From: an uncultured archaeon
GTDB taxonomy: Archaea > Asgardarchaeota > Lokiarchaeia > Sigyniarchaeales > SOKP01
Direction of reading: 5' to 3'
Assembly: GCA_964508365.1 (NCBI GenBank)
Contig: CAZDTP010000080.1
Location: 1 to 13,682 of the forward strand
Length of the DNA: 13,682 nt
Below, one piece after another: positions 1 through 8,067 of the stretch (its first letter is position 1; each line of letters begins with the position of its first letter). The position numbers were made by a program, and so were the translations under genes. Under the pieces are notes generated by a model that made no database searches, was not told the DNA's origin, and saw nothing but the letters and a program-made list of their open reading frames with translations.

Positions 1-10
1 TTCTTAAAAT

Positions 11-652
11 ATGTCTCAAGATATCGTACAAATTAAGCTTAGCATAGAAATACCGCAAGGTAAATGGCTAACAACTTTCAACAAAAAATATCCAGAATTG
101 AATTTTCATATTCTTTCTAACTTTCTAATTGGAGAAAATTTAGGAATTACATCATTCCAAATTAGGGGTTCCTCTGTAAAGCATTTTATTTCTGATTTTA
201 AAGAAAAATCAGCTGAGAAAACTACTCAAATCTTGTATGAGGGTGAAGATCTTGTAATATTGAATGTAAAAGAAGTCGATCCATGGATATTTAATACCCT
301 AGTAAAAACTGAGCTTTTGATATCTTATCCTGTGCTAGTAAAAGAAGGTAAAATTAGAATGGAAGCTATCACAAAGCGGTCTATAGTCGATAGTTTTTTA
401 ATCCAGTTAAAAAAAAAAGGTATAAAAGCAGAGATAGAACGTATAGGATACTATTATAAATCAACTCTCCTTACTCAAAGACAAAATGAAATAGTAAATC
501 TTGCATATCAATATGGATTTTTTAACATTCCAAGAAGTATTTCATTAAGCGAATTTGCTAAAGATTTAAATATTTCAAAATCTGCTCTTTCTGAAATACT
601 AAGAAGAATTTTCAAGAAATTAGCTAATAGTTACCTTAATTCTAGCGATTAA
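11..652 (+). CDS. Bat-type (HTH_10) helix-turn-helix transcriptional regulator
   Basis: 213 aa ORF. The C-terminal LTQRQNEIVNLAYQYGFFNIPRSISLSEFAKDLNISKSALSEILRR matches the archaeal bacterio-opsin-activator HTH_10 pattern (LT.rQ.e....A...Gy++.PR..sl.elA..L.IS.sa.se.LRr). The N-terminal region is a putative sensor domain. Confidence 0.88.
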   Translation: MSQDIVQIKLSIEIPQGKWLTTFNKKYPELNFHILSNFLIGENLGITSFQIRGSSVKHFISDFKEKSAEKTTQILYEGEDLVILNVKEVDPWIFNTLVKTELLISYPVLVKEGKIRMEAITKRSIVDSFLIQLKKKGIKAEIERIGYYYKSTLLTQRQNEIVNLAYQYGFFNIPRSISLSEFAKDLNISKSALSEILRRIFKKLANSYLNSSD

Positions 653-1764
653 ATCTGCGATAAGAGTTCTATTAATGCCCGAGGAATCTCTTTATAATCA
701 TTAACGACAAAAAATTTACCCTGTCCAACTCGAGCTATCTCTCGACAGGTGTCAATTCCTCTTTCAGGATCATTATCAGCGGGTATTCCGATTACATGTA
801 ATTTAGGGTATTTCTTCGCTAGATCAATGGGATTTTCTCCTCGATTATAGTTTCCATCAGTGATTAAAATCCCAAATTTATGTTTTGTTTTTTCCTTAAT
901 CTTGTTTAATTCTTTTAATCCTTTTTCTAAACCAATATTAATATTAGTAAAACCAACTGCCTCCGAATCAAGAATTTCATCTATAATTGTTATAATCGGC
1001 TTCTTCTCATCTATTTTTTTAAGAACCATAGCTGTGGAATTGAAAAGAACTATCCCATAGCTTTCCTTTTCCATATTATATGCCAACACAGATGTTGTAA
1101 GAGCCGCATTAAGGAGAAGCTTCCCATACATACTTCCACTTGTATCCAAGATCATAACAATTTTTCTCTTTTGCTTTTTTCTCTGTATTCCGAATATATC
1201 TTTGTAAGTAAGAATATTCTTATAAATGTTTAATGGATTATGTTGAATAGTTTCGTCTAAGTCAAACTCTGGAGTCCCTATCTGATAATAAGGAGTAACT
1301 TTTTTAAAATTTCCTCTAATTCCCTTACTAGTTATTTTTAACGAGGTTTTTAATATACTCTGTCTTGCTAGTCGTCTAAAAACCTGCTTATATTTTTCTG
1401 AAATTGGTCGCCGTATAAAGAAGTAAACTTCCGCCATCGAGGTTTCAGAATTTTTAGCTTTTTCTGAAAAGAATTTAACTCCTTCATCGCAATCTAAAGC
1501 GTTGGTTGCAGCATACACATTTGATTTGAGTAGCCCTAATATTGCTTCGAGGTTTTTATGTTGAATAGATAAGTAGGTTAATTCTTTAATCTGCTTATAA
1601 TCTAATGAATTTGCTAAATGTTGATAATAATCTGGTTTTTTCTTCTTTTTTCGGATTATTTCATATCTAAGAATTTTTTCATCTGGAATCCTTTCTATAA
1701 GTCTTACATGAAGTCTTTTATTCTCAATCTCCTCGGAATTCTCCGCAGAGAAATCATCGATTAT
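649..1764 (-). CDS. von Willebrand factor A (vWA, CoxE-like) domain protein, partner of the MoxR ATPase; start extended upstream of the ORF-track call
   Basis: MIDAS motif ILDTSGSM, Thr loop (GFTNI) and ILITDG, plus a CoxE/ChlD-like FDLDETIQHN segment. The ORF-track start at 1518 is GTG. Manual translation shows the frame open up to 1776 (stop at 1777-1779), with no ATG/GTG/TTG upstream of 1518. An ATA at 1764-1762 overlaps the MoxR TAA stop. The stop position is firm; the start is uncertain. Confidence 0.85.
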   Translation of the reverse strand: MIDDFSAENSEEIENKRLHVRLIERIPDEKILRYEIIRKKKKKPDYYQHLANSLDYKQIKELTYLSIQHKNLEAILGLLKSNVYAATNALDCDEGVKFFSEKAKNSETSMAEVYFFIRRPISEKYKQVFRRLARQSILKTSLKITSKGIRGNFKKVTPYYQIGTPEFDLDETIQHNPLNIYKNILTYKDIFGIQRKKQKRKIVMILDTSGSMYGKLLLNAALTTSVLAYNMEKESYGIVLFNSTAMVLKKIDEKKPIITIIDEILDSEAVGFTNINIGLEKGLKELNKIKEKTKHKFGILITDGNYNRGENPIDLAKKYPKLHVIGIPADNDPERGIDTCREIARVGQGKFFVVNDYKEIPRALIELLSQI

Positions 1765-2633
1765 TGAAAATCCGATTTATTTAGAACCGATAACACGATG
1801 TCAGCAATTATCTCCTCTTTTGAGCTAGTAACACCATCCTCGAGCTCAATCTTGTTATATAAAGCCATAACAGCGGTAGTAACCCAATTCTTTGTGCTAT
1901 TGATGTTTTCAGTATTAGAAATTAATTGCGCTAAGTCAATCGCTCCCCTTATTGAACTTCCTCTTCTTATTGATGTGTTATTTCTTGAATGATTTATGAT
2001 CTGTTGAGAGATTTGCGCAATTTTTTCTCCATCAGAATTATCTAAATTAGCTTCCTGTTTGATAATAAGAACTTCTTCTTCGGGCGGTTGATAATCCAAA
2101 CTAATCCAGATAAATCTATCCTTTAAAGCTTCTCCAATAACAGTCACGCCTACGTGAGCTGCTGGATTCTGAGTAGCGATGGTAAAGAAATTCTTATGAG
2201 CCTTAATAGTCTTTAATTTAGGAATTTCTAATATACCTTCGTCCAGTGCTGTTAGCAGTGAATTTTGTGTACTTTCAGGCATCCTATTAATTTCGTTTAT
2301 AAAAAGACATCCTCCTTTAAGCATAGAAGAAGCGAGCGGACTGTAGATATATGATTCATCTAAATAACCTTTTGATATCACTAATGGAGGATCAAAATAA
2401 CCAACTAAATTATGAGGTAGTGTGTCTTCAGAACAATCGATCCGGGTAAATTCCGTATCGTAAAAGGAGGCTATTGCTTTTGCAAGGGTGGTCTTCCCTG
2501 TTCCTACCGAACCCTCTAACAATATATTTTTGCCTACTAAATGTGCTAAAACGATTTTCTCTAACTCTTCTTTTCTCCCAATTATCTTATATCTTTTTTG
2601 TATCTCTTTCACAATCTCAGATGCATTGAGCAT
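1761..2633 (-). CDS. MoxR-family (CoxD-like) AAA+ ATPase
   Basis: 290 aa. Walker A GSVGTGKT; Walker B variant LFINEINRMPE..QNSLL; sensor I ATQNP; ALKDRF arginine-finger region; SIRGAIDL sensor II. Lies directly upstream of a vWA gene, the classic MoxR-vWA pairing. Confidence 0.92.
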   Translation of the reverse strand: MLNASEIVKEIQKRYKIIGRKEELEKIVLAHLVGKNILLEGSVGTGKTTLAKAIASFYDTEFTRIDCSEDTLPHNLVGYFDPPLVISKGYLDESYIYSPLASSMLKGGCLFINEINRMPESTQNSLLTALDEGILEIPKLKTIKAHKNFFTIATQNPAAHVGVTVIGEALKDRFIWISLDYQPPEEEVLIIKQEANLDNSDGEKIAQISQQIINHSRNNTSIRRGSSIRGAIDLAQLISNTENINSTKNWVTTAVMALYNKIELEDGVTSSKEEIIADIVLSVLNKSDFQ

Positions 2634-2700
2634 ATTTTTAATAATATTACATATCTAAAAAATTAAACCTATGAAATTATTAGGGTATATTAAAGATTAG

Positions 2701-2716
2701 GAGAATTTTTTAATAA
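2701..2716 (+). promoter_or_regulatory. Putative archaeal BRE/TATA promoter of the hydrolase gene
   Basis: GAGAATTTTTTAATAAG. The TTTTTAATA core ends 26 nt before the ATG at 2742, which suits a leaderless or short-leader transcript. The same core occurs at similar spacing upstream of the acyl-CoA dehydrogenase. Confidence 0.45.
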
Positions 2717-2741
2717 GTAAGGATTTCATTTTAACTTAATA

Positions 2742-4778
2742 ATGCTTTTAAAATCTATCCTAAAAAAGAACAAAAAGAATAGATTTATTTTTGGATTTAT
2801 CATCCTAATTTCGATTCTGCTAGTTCCATTAATGTTAGATATTTTAGCATTTTTAAATACCAGGGATTCCTCCTTATTCTCTGCATCTACTAATGGAGAT
2901 AATTTTAATATTTTAGATTTTTGGGAGAATGAAATTGAAAGAGTAAATAGTACATCGTTAAATATTGTTTATGGTGACAATCGGACCATAAAGCATACTA
3001 TCTCATTTACCAATAAAATGTATGAATTGAAAGCTCAAGATATTTATTTTAATTCGCCCAATTGGGTTGGAGCACAACCGCAGAATCTTACATTATATGG
3101 TGTTTTACTTTTTCCGGAAATTCTCAAAAGTAGTAATCCAGGAGCTTTATGTATGCATGGATTAAATGGAGAAATAGAAGATGCTTTTGATCTAGCTATT
3201 CCATATTTAGAGAAAGGTTTTGTAGTCTTATGCCATTCGCATCCAGGTCATGGTAAATCAGAAGGAGCAGAACCAAAGCCAGAGAATTTATATTATGAGG
3301 GAGCATATAACGAATCAGCTCATTTTTATCTAACATTATGTGGGGCGATTCAAGGTTTAAGAGTTCTCGAAACTCTTTCATTTGTTAATAATTCTCAAAT
3401 AATGGTTACAGGTAAGTCTTATGGGGGATTAAATGCGATGTGGTTAGCAGGTATCTTAGGAGAGAAGATAATTGGAGTTACGGCGTATATTGCTATAGGA
3501 GATATTGCAAAAAATTTGAATCATCCTGATAAATTAATTTTCTGGATATTAGGGAAAAGTGTCATGGAAATTCCTGATTCGTATGTAACAAACCAACTCT
3601 TAAGATTTGATCCAATTTATTATTTAAGATCTCCCAAACTTCCTCCAATAATGTGGCAAATAGGAACTAACGACGATTTTTTTGACTATAGTTCAATAAA
3701 AGGTACCTATGATGCGGTTCAACATGCTGCTAAATTTCTTCAAATTTTCCCTAACGATCATCATGGTTTTCCTGGATTTGAGGGTTCCTCTAACTTTTTT
3801 ATTGATTATGTTCTTAACAATGGTTCCATTCCCCCTCAAATAAATATAACTAGCGTATCCAAGACCCAAGATATTCGTGGAGATAATCTGCATATCGCTT
3901 TACGAGTAAACTCAACTGATGAAATTGAGTCAATTCAGATGGTATATAAATATACTGATATCCTTGGATCTACGTGGGAATATGTTAGTCTTGATAGCAA
4001 TGATGAGATGAATTGGATAGGAGAACTAAGTCCAACAATTCTTAATTCTAATCTTGATTATTATATTACAGTCAACTTAAAAAATATGAGTAATGTATGG
4101 TTTTCATCAAATATTTTCTCAGCTGGTATAATGAAGAGTAATTTAACGATCCCTTTCATTATAATCATCTCAATTATCATTATTATTCCGCTAGCAATTT
4201 TAATTCGAAGGAAGTACTATAAAATACCTGAAATGAATTTTGAAGATAAAATTAGGATGAAACACAATATTTTCATCGAAATTACATTACTATTTATAGT
4301 TGATTTAATTTATTATATTTCACTTATAATGCCATGGATAGTTTACGAGAGTGGCGACGTAATTTTTAACCACATTTATATATTTAATAATTTATATACA
4401 TGGAAGTTATATTTTGGCGAGTTTGCTTCATCCTTAACCACTATCTTCTTTATCGCAACGATCGTTAACTCTCAACTGAATTTCATCAGCTTAAGATTAT
4501 CAGCAATATTGAAGCTACTATATCCGACAATTATGTTAGTTTTCATTAGCGTTATTCCATTTCTTTCCGGTGTTTTAGATTCGAACAGTTTGACTTCTAA
4601 TTTTGGATTAGTTTTTCCAGGAATTGGACCAATAATTATGATTGTTTGTTCAATCTTATTATTTTTAATAGGTATATGGGAGAAAAAGTATAAAAACAAA
4701 CTTGGAATTAGGACTCCAAACATTAGACTAAATTGGAGTTACATAAAAAAATGGTCTATAGGTTCAAAAAAGATTTAA
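2742..4778 (+). CDS. Membrane-anchored alpha/beta-fold serine hydrolase (esterase/peptidase-like) with C-terminal multi-TM region
   Basis: 678 aa. N-terminal TM/signal anchor; oxyanion region CMHG; HSHPGHGKS; nucleophile elbow GKSYGG (GxSxG); candidate Asp in GTNDDFF and His in PNDHHGF. Followed by a beta-rich Ig-like segment and about 4-5 C-terminal hydrophobic helices. Many N-x-S/T sequons. Confidence 0.85.
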   Translation: MLLKSILKKNKKNRFIFGFIILISILLVPLMLDILAFLNTRDSSLFSASTNGDNFNILDFWENEIERVNSTSLNIVYGDNRTIKHTISFTNKMYELKAQDIYFNSPNWVGAQPQNLTLYGVLLFPEILKSSNPGALCMHGLNGEIEDAFDLAIPYLEKGFVVLCHSHPGHGKSEGAEPKPENLYYEGAYNESAHFYLTLCGAIQGLRVLETLSFVNNSQIMVTGKSYGGLNAMWLAGILGEKIIGVTAYIAIGDIAKNLNHPDKLIFWILGKSVMEIPDSYVTNQLLRFDPIYYLRSPKLPPIMWQIGTNDDFFDYSSIKGTYDAVQHAAKFLQIFPNDHHGFPGFEGSSNFFIDYVLNNGSIPPQINITSVSKTQDIRGDNLHIALRVNSTDEIESIQMVYKYTDILGSTWEYVSLDSNDEMNWIGELSPTILNSNLDYYITVNLKNMSNVWFSSNIFSAGIMKSNLTIPFIIIISIIIIIPLAILIRRKYYKIPEMNFEDKIRMKHNIFIEITLLFIVDLIYYISLIMPWIVYESGDVIFNHIYIFNNLYTWKLYFGEFASSLTTIFFIATIVNSQLNFISLRLSAILKLLYPTIMLVFISVIPFLSGVLDSNSLTSNFGLVFPGIGPIIMIVCSILLFLIGIWEKKYKNKLGIRTPNIRLNWSYIKKWSIGSKKI

Positions 4779-5639
4779 GTAAATACTATATAAAGCTGGA
4801 GGTTGGGGAATTGGGAAAACTCCAAATATATATAATGTTCCTAAAATGAATAGGGAAAGACAAGCAAAAATAAATATCAAATCTCTTGCCTGAAACCTTA
4901 TAACTATCATATTTGTCCTTTTTTTATATATCCCAAAACATCTGTTTTCCATTGAAAGAGATGTTGTATGTCCTTTTCTTAAAATTGAGACAAGTATACC
5001 AATTAATCTCTCAGATATAAACGCATAAGCTTTTCGAAAGGTTTTAACCCGATCCAAACTGAATCCTCTTGCTTTTTGAGCAAGGGCTATAGTTTTTGCC
5101 TCTTGTTCTATAGTAGGAATATATTTGACTCCCACCATAAAAGCGAAACAAAACTTATACGGAATTTTAAGACGTATTAGAGAATATACAAAATCTTTTG
5201 TAGAGGTTGTATTAGTAAATAATATTGCTGAAGTATATAATGTAAATAATATGAAAAACGCCCGTAATCCATAATATAATGCTAATTTTCTGATTGGCAA
5301 GAATTTTAGGTTAAATAAATAGAATAAAATAATTTCTTCTTCGTTAGGAATTGCATTAAAAAATAAATTAAGAATTAGACTAATGATTAAAATGAAGAAA
5401 AGAATTTTTAGCTTTCTTAAAAGCATAATAAAGGAAATTTGACTTAATAACATCATAAGGATAATAATTATTGAAAGACCCATCAATAAAATTAAACTAC
5501 GCATTAAAAATGTAAAAACTGTTAGAAGAGCAAGAAAGATTAACTTGGAAATTGGATTTAATTTATGCATTAATGAAGTCCCTGTGATATACGCAAATAT
5601 ATATTGCTTATTATCCAAAAGCTTATTCTTATTGCTCAC
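4764..5639 (-). CDS. ecfT: ECF transporter transmembrane coupling component T (CbiQ family)
   Basis: 291 aa, GTG start 2 nt after the upstream stop. N-terminal Y..GTSLMHKLNPISK motif, hydrophobic helices, and two conserved Arg-containing coupling motifs (AQKARGF, MENRCF). Confidence 0.92.
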   Translation of the reverse strand: MSNKNKLLDNKQYIFAYITGTSLMHKLNPISKLIFLALLTVFTFLMRSLILLMGLSIIIILMMLLSQISFIMLLRKLKILFFILIISLILNLFFNAIPNEEEIILFYLFNLKFLPIRKLALYYGLRAFFILFTLYTSAILFTNTTSTKDFVYSLIRLKIPYKFCFAFMVGVKYIPTIEQEAKTIALAQKARGFSLDRVKTFRKAYAFISERLIGILVSILRKGHTTSLSMENRCFGIYKKRTNMIVIRFQARDLIFIFACLSLFILGTLYIFGVFPIPQPPALYSIYLNLF

Positions 5640-5641
5640 TT

Positions 5642-7444
5642 TTAACCATGTTCGCTTATAATTTTATCGATTGAATTTAAGAGAAGAGTAGGCCCTAAAT
5701 TTTTATGTTTACTAAAATAGTTATCTTTATTATCAAAATCTCTTACTGTACCATCTTTATTAAGCTCTAAAATCCGTTTAGTATATTTCAACAGAAGATG
5801 ATAATCATGAGATGAAATTATTATTGTCTTACCTCTTTTATTTTCAAGATATAAAGTTTCTACTAGTGAATCTATAGTTCTTTGATCTTGCCCAATAAAA
5901 GGCTCGTCTAATAGAATTATTTGAGGATTATAAACAAATATTGAACATAGGTTCAATCTTCTTTTCTGCCCCCAACTAAGTTTAAAAGGATTTTTTGACG
6001 ATTTTTCCTTCCCAATAACACGTATTAATTTTTTCAGGTAATCCTCAGGGATATTCTCGAGTATACCAAAATTCTTTGGGCCATAAAGAATCTCATCCTT
6101 AATAGTTGAATTAAATATCATATTTTCAGGATTTTGAAAGATAAAACCGATATTTTTTGCGTATTCAAATGACCCAATATCTCTAATATTCTGGTGATTA
6201 TAATAAATAGTTCCGCTTGTAGGTTCATACAAATTAGCTAATAAATAAAGTAGTGTAGTTTTCCCAGATCCGTTCGGTCCGATTAGACCAATAAAGTCTC
6301 CTTTTTGAATATTTATGGAAAGATTATTAATTGCTTTAATTCCACTATTTGGGTAAATAAAATCTACATTTTTGGTTTCAAGTATATTGCCCTCTTCATT
6401 GATTGTATTTTCTTCCCTATTATCATGTTTATCTTTTAAAGATTCAATATATAAATCTTGAAACTCAATTATATCTTCAAAAGATTGAAATTTCTCAAAA
6501 GCCTTTGGCATTATCTCTTTTTCAAGAAGTAGATCCCGTAATTTTAGAAGGTTTTCTTTTGAAAATTTTTGCTGTATTTCTAATAACTCATTGAAATTTA
6601 TAGGATTTTTGGCATTTCTATAATCTAAGGATATCTTTTTAAAGTCATTAAATAAATCGATGATCCATGGTACTCTAACATTACTGGACTTTAATGGTGT
6701 ATAATTATTAATTAGAATTTCGGATAATTTACCATTAAGGTGAATTTCGCCATTATCATCCAGAACAATAATCTTATCAGATATATCCATTACTCTTGAT
6801 AAACGGTGCTCAATTATTATCAAGGTTGTTTTAAAGAATTTAGATTCTTTTAATTTTTTTAATTGAGTTAACAGCATACTTTCAGATTGTTGATCCAGGA
6901 ATGCTATAGGTTCATCTAAAATTAAGATTTTAGGATCCATTATAAGAAAAGAACTTAATACTGTAAGTTGTTGTTGGCCTCCACTTAGTTGTTCTATATC
7001 TCTATTTAGAATATGAGAAATACCCATAAATTCAGATATTTCTCTCACCCTTTTCTCTATTAGATCTTTATCTAACTTTAAATTTTCAAGTCCAAAAGCT
7101 AGTTCATCATTTACTGTAAAAGTAGTCATTTGCTCCAACGGATTCTGTTTCACTAAGCCAACTAATTTGCATAATTCAGTAAAATTATAATTCCAAATAC
7201 TTTTTCCATAAATCTTAACATCACCTTTCATAAAACCCTTTAATCTCCAAGGAATTATCCCGTTCATGGCATATGAAAGAGTGGATTTTCCACTACCACT
7301 AGGTCCCGCTAAAATTAAAACCTCTCCTTGATTAAGACTGAAATTTATGTTTTTTACTGCAGGTAAATTGTCTTTATCTTCACCATAGATAAACGAGAAA
7401 TCCTCAAAAGATAAAGCCAAATCTGTATTGGTGATTTTAAACAC
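5642..7444 (-). CDS. ecfA: ECF transporter fused double ATPase (A-A')
   Basis: Two ABC domains: GPSGSGKST/LSGGQQQ/ILDEP/IIEH and GPNGSGKTT/FQNPE/LSWGQKRR/LLDEP/SSHD. The ORF-track GTG at 7468 lies inside the upstream gene. More plausible starts are GTG 7444, ATC 7435 or TTG 7420. Confidence 0.93.
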   Translation of the reverse strand: MFKITNTDLALSFEDFSFIYGEDKDNLPAVKNINFSLNQGEVLILAGPSGSGKSTLSYAMNGIIPWRLKGFMKGDVKIYGKSIWNYNFTELCKLVGLVKQNPLEQMTTFTVNDELAFGLENLKLDKDLIEKRVREISEFMGISHILNRDIEQLSGGQQQLTVLSSFLIMDPKILILDEPIAFLDQQSESMLLTQLKKLKESKFFKTTLIIIEHRLSRVMDISDKIIVLDDNGEIHLNGKLSEILINNYTPLKSSNVRVPWIIDLFNDFKKISLDYRNAKNPINFNELLEIQQKFSKENLLKLRDLLLEKEIMPKAFEKFQSFEDIIEFQDLYIESLKDKHDNREENTINEEGNILETKNVDFIYPNSGIKAINNLSINIQKGDFIGLIGPNGSGKTTLLYLLANLYEPTSGTIYYNHQNIRDIGSFEYAKNIGFIFQNPENMIFNSTIKDEILYGPKNFGILENIPEDYLKKLIRVIGKEKSSKNPFKLSWGQKRRLNLCSIFVYNPQIILLDEPFIGQDQRTIDSLVETLYLENKRGKTIIISSHDYHLLLKYTKRILELNKDGTVRDFDNKDNYFSKHKNLGPTLLLNSIDKIISEHG

Positions 7445-7448
7445 TCCT
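7443..7448 (-). promoter_or_regulatory. Shine-Dalgarno-like site (AGGAGT) upstream of ecfA
   Basis: Minus strand reads TAA-AGGAGTGTTTAAA-ATC, immediately after the S-component stop. It mirrors TAA-GGAGACTTTAGGG-ATG upstream of the S component. Confidence 0.5.
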
Positions 7449-8054
7449 TTAAAAAGTAGTTGGAACACCTGCTTTAATTAAACTATTTTTTACAGTTCTC
7501 CCTAATAAACCAACAATCAACACACCAGAAATAAAAGCAAAGATAAACGCTAAAACCCATAGAGTCCAATGCAGATACCATCTTAGATTAACAATCCAAA
7601 AAAAAGGAGCTTGGAAAAAGTTTCCAAATCCACCTGCAATCCCCCATCCTAATTTAGTCTCTCCTTCTCCAATTTTTTCCATTAAATAGAACCCACCCGC
7701 TAAGCATAGTGCTTCCATAACATTAACAAAAATAATTAACAATCCCCACGGATCTCCAAAAAGGAATTCCAGTAATCCTTTTGAAAACATGGTAATGATT
7801 ATATTTTGTTTTTTCTTTGTCAACCCATAAATTATTGAAGCCCAGATAACATGATGCCCACTAACTAACTGTGTTCCTCCTGTTAAGGGGTACCATACTT
7901 TAATTAAAATACTAAAAGGAATAAAACTTGATATTATCCCTCCAAGAATTCCTATGATACTTGAATAGATAAGGTCCAAATTAGTCAATTTAGTATTACC
8001 GTATAATCCAACACCAGTTTTCCGATATTTATCATTGTCTTGCTCCTCTTCCAT
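7449..8054 (-). CDS. ECF transporter substrate-binding S component (YkoE/ABC_cobalt-like); substrate unknown
   Basis: 201 aa, about 5-6 TM helices. Size and glycine-rich helices (IGILGGII, KGLLEFLFG, GIAGGFG) are typical of S components. It precedes ecfA and ecfT and has a GGAG SD 9 nt upstream of its ATG. Confidence 0.8.
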   Translation of the reverse strand: MEEEQDNDKYRKTGVGLYGNTKLTNLDLIYSSIIGILGGIISSFIPFSILIKVWYPLTGGTQLVSGHHVIWASIIYGLTKKKQNIIITMFSKGLLEFLFGDPWGLLIIFVNVMEALCLAGGFYLMEKIGEGETKLGWGIAGGFGNFFQAPFFWIVNLRWYLHWTLWVLAFIFAFISGVLIVGLLGRTVKNSLIKAGVPTTF

Positions 8055-8067
8055 CCCTAAAGTCTCC

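Noticed and set aside
409-418. Homopolymer runs (A10 at 409-418; similar T runs near 8664-8673 and 10796-10806) as phase-variation sites
   Set aside because: Frames are intact, and the runs encode Lys clusters or lie in a UTR, as expected in AT-rich DNA.
860-1060. 66 aa + strand ORF
   Set aside because: Antisense shadow inside the vWA gene; no motifs.
1798-1992. 64 aa + strand ORF
   Set aside because: Antisense shadow of MoxR.
1761-2633. Calling MoxR/vWA a Mg- or Co-chelatase (chlI/chlD)
   Set aside because: The motifs fit MoxR/CoxD-type ATPases, and no chelatase large subunit or tetrapyrrole genes are present. The chlD comparison is used only as a frameshift analogy.
3196-4723. Three short minus-strand ORFs (3196-3381, 3693-3893, 4472-4723)
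   Set aside because: Antisense to the hydrolase; no recognisable features.
6403-6594. 63 aa + strand ORF
   Set aside because: Antisense shadow within ecfA.
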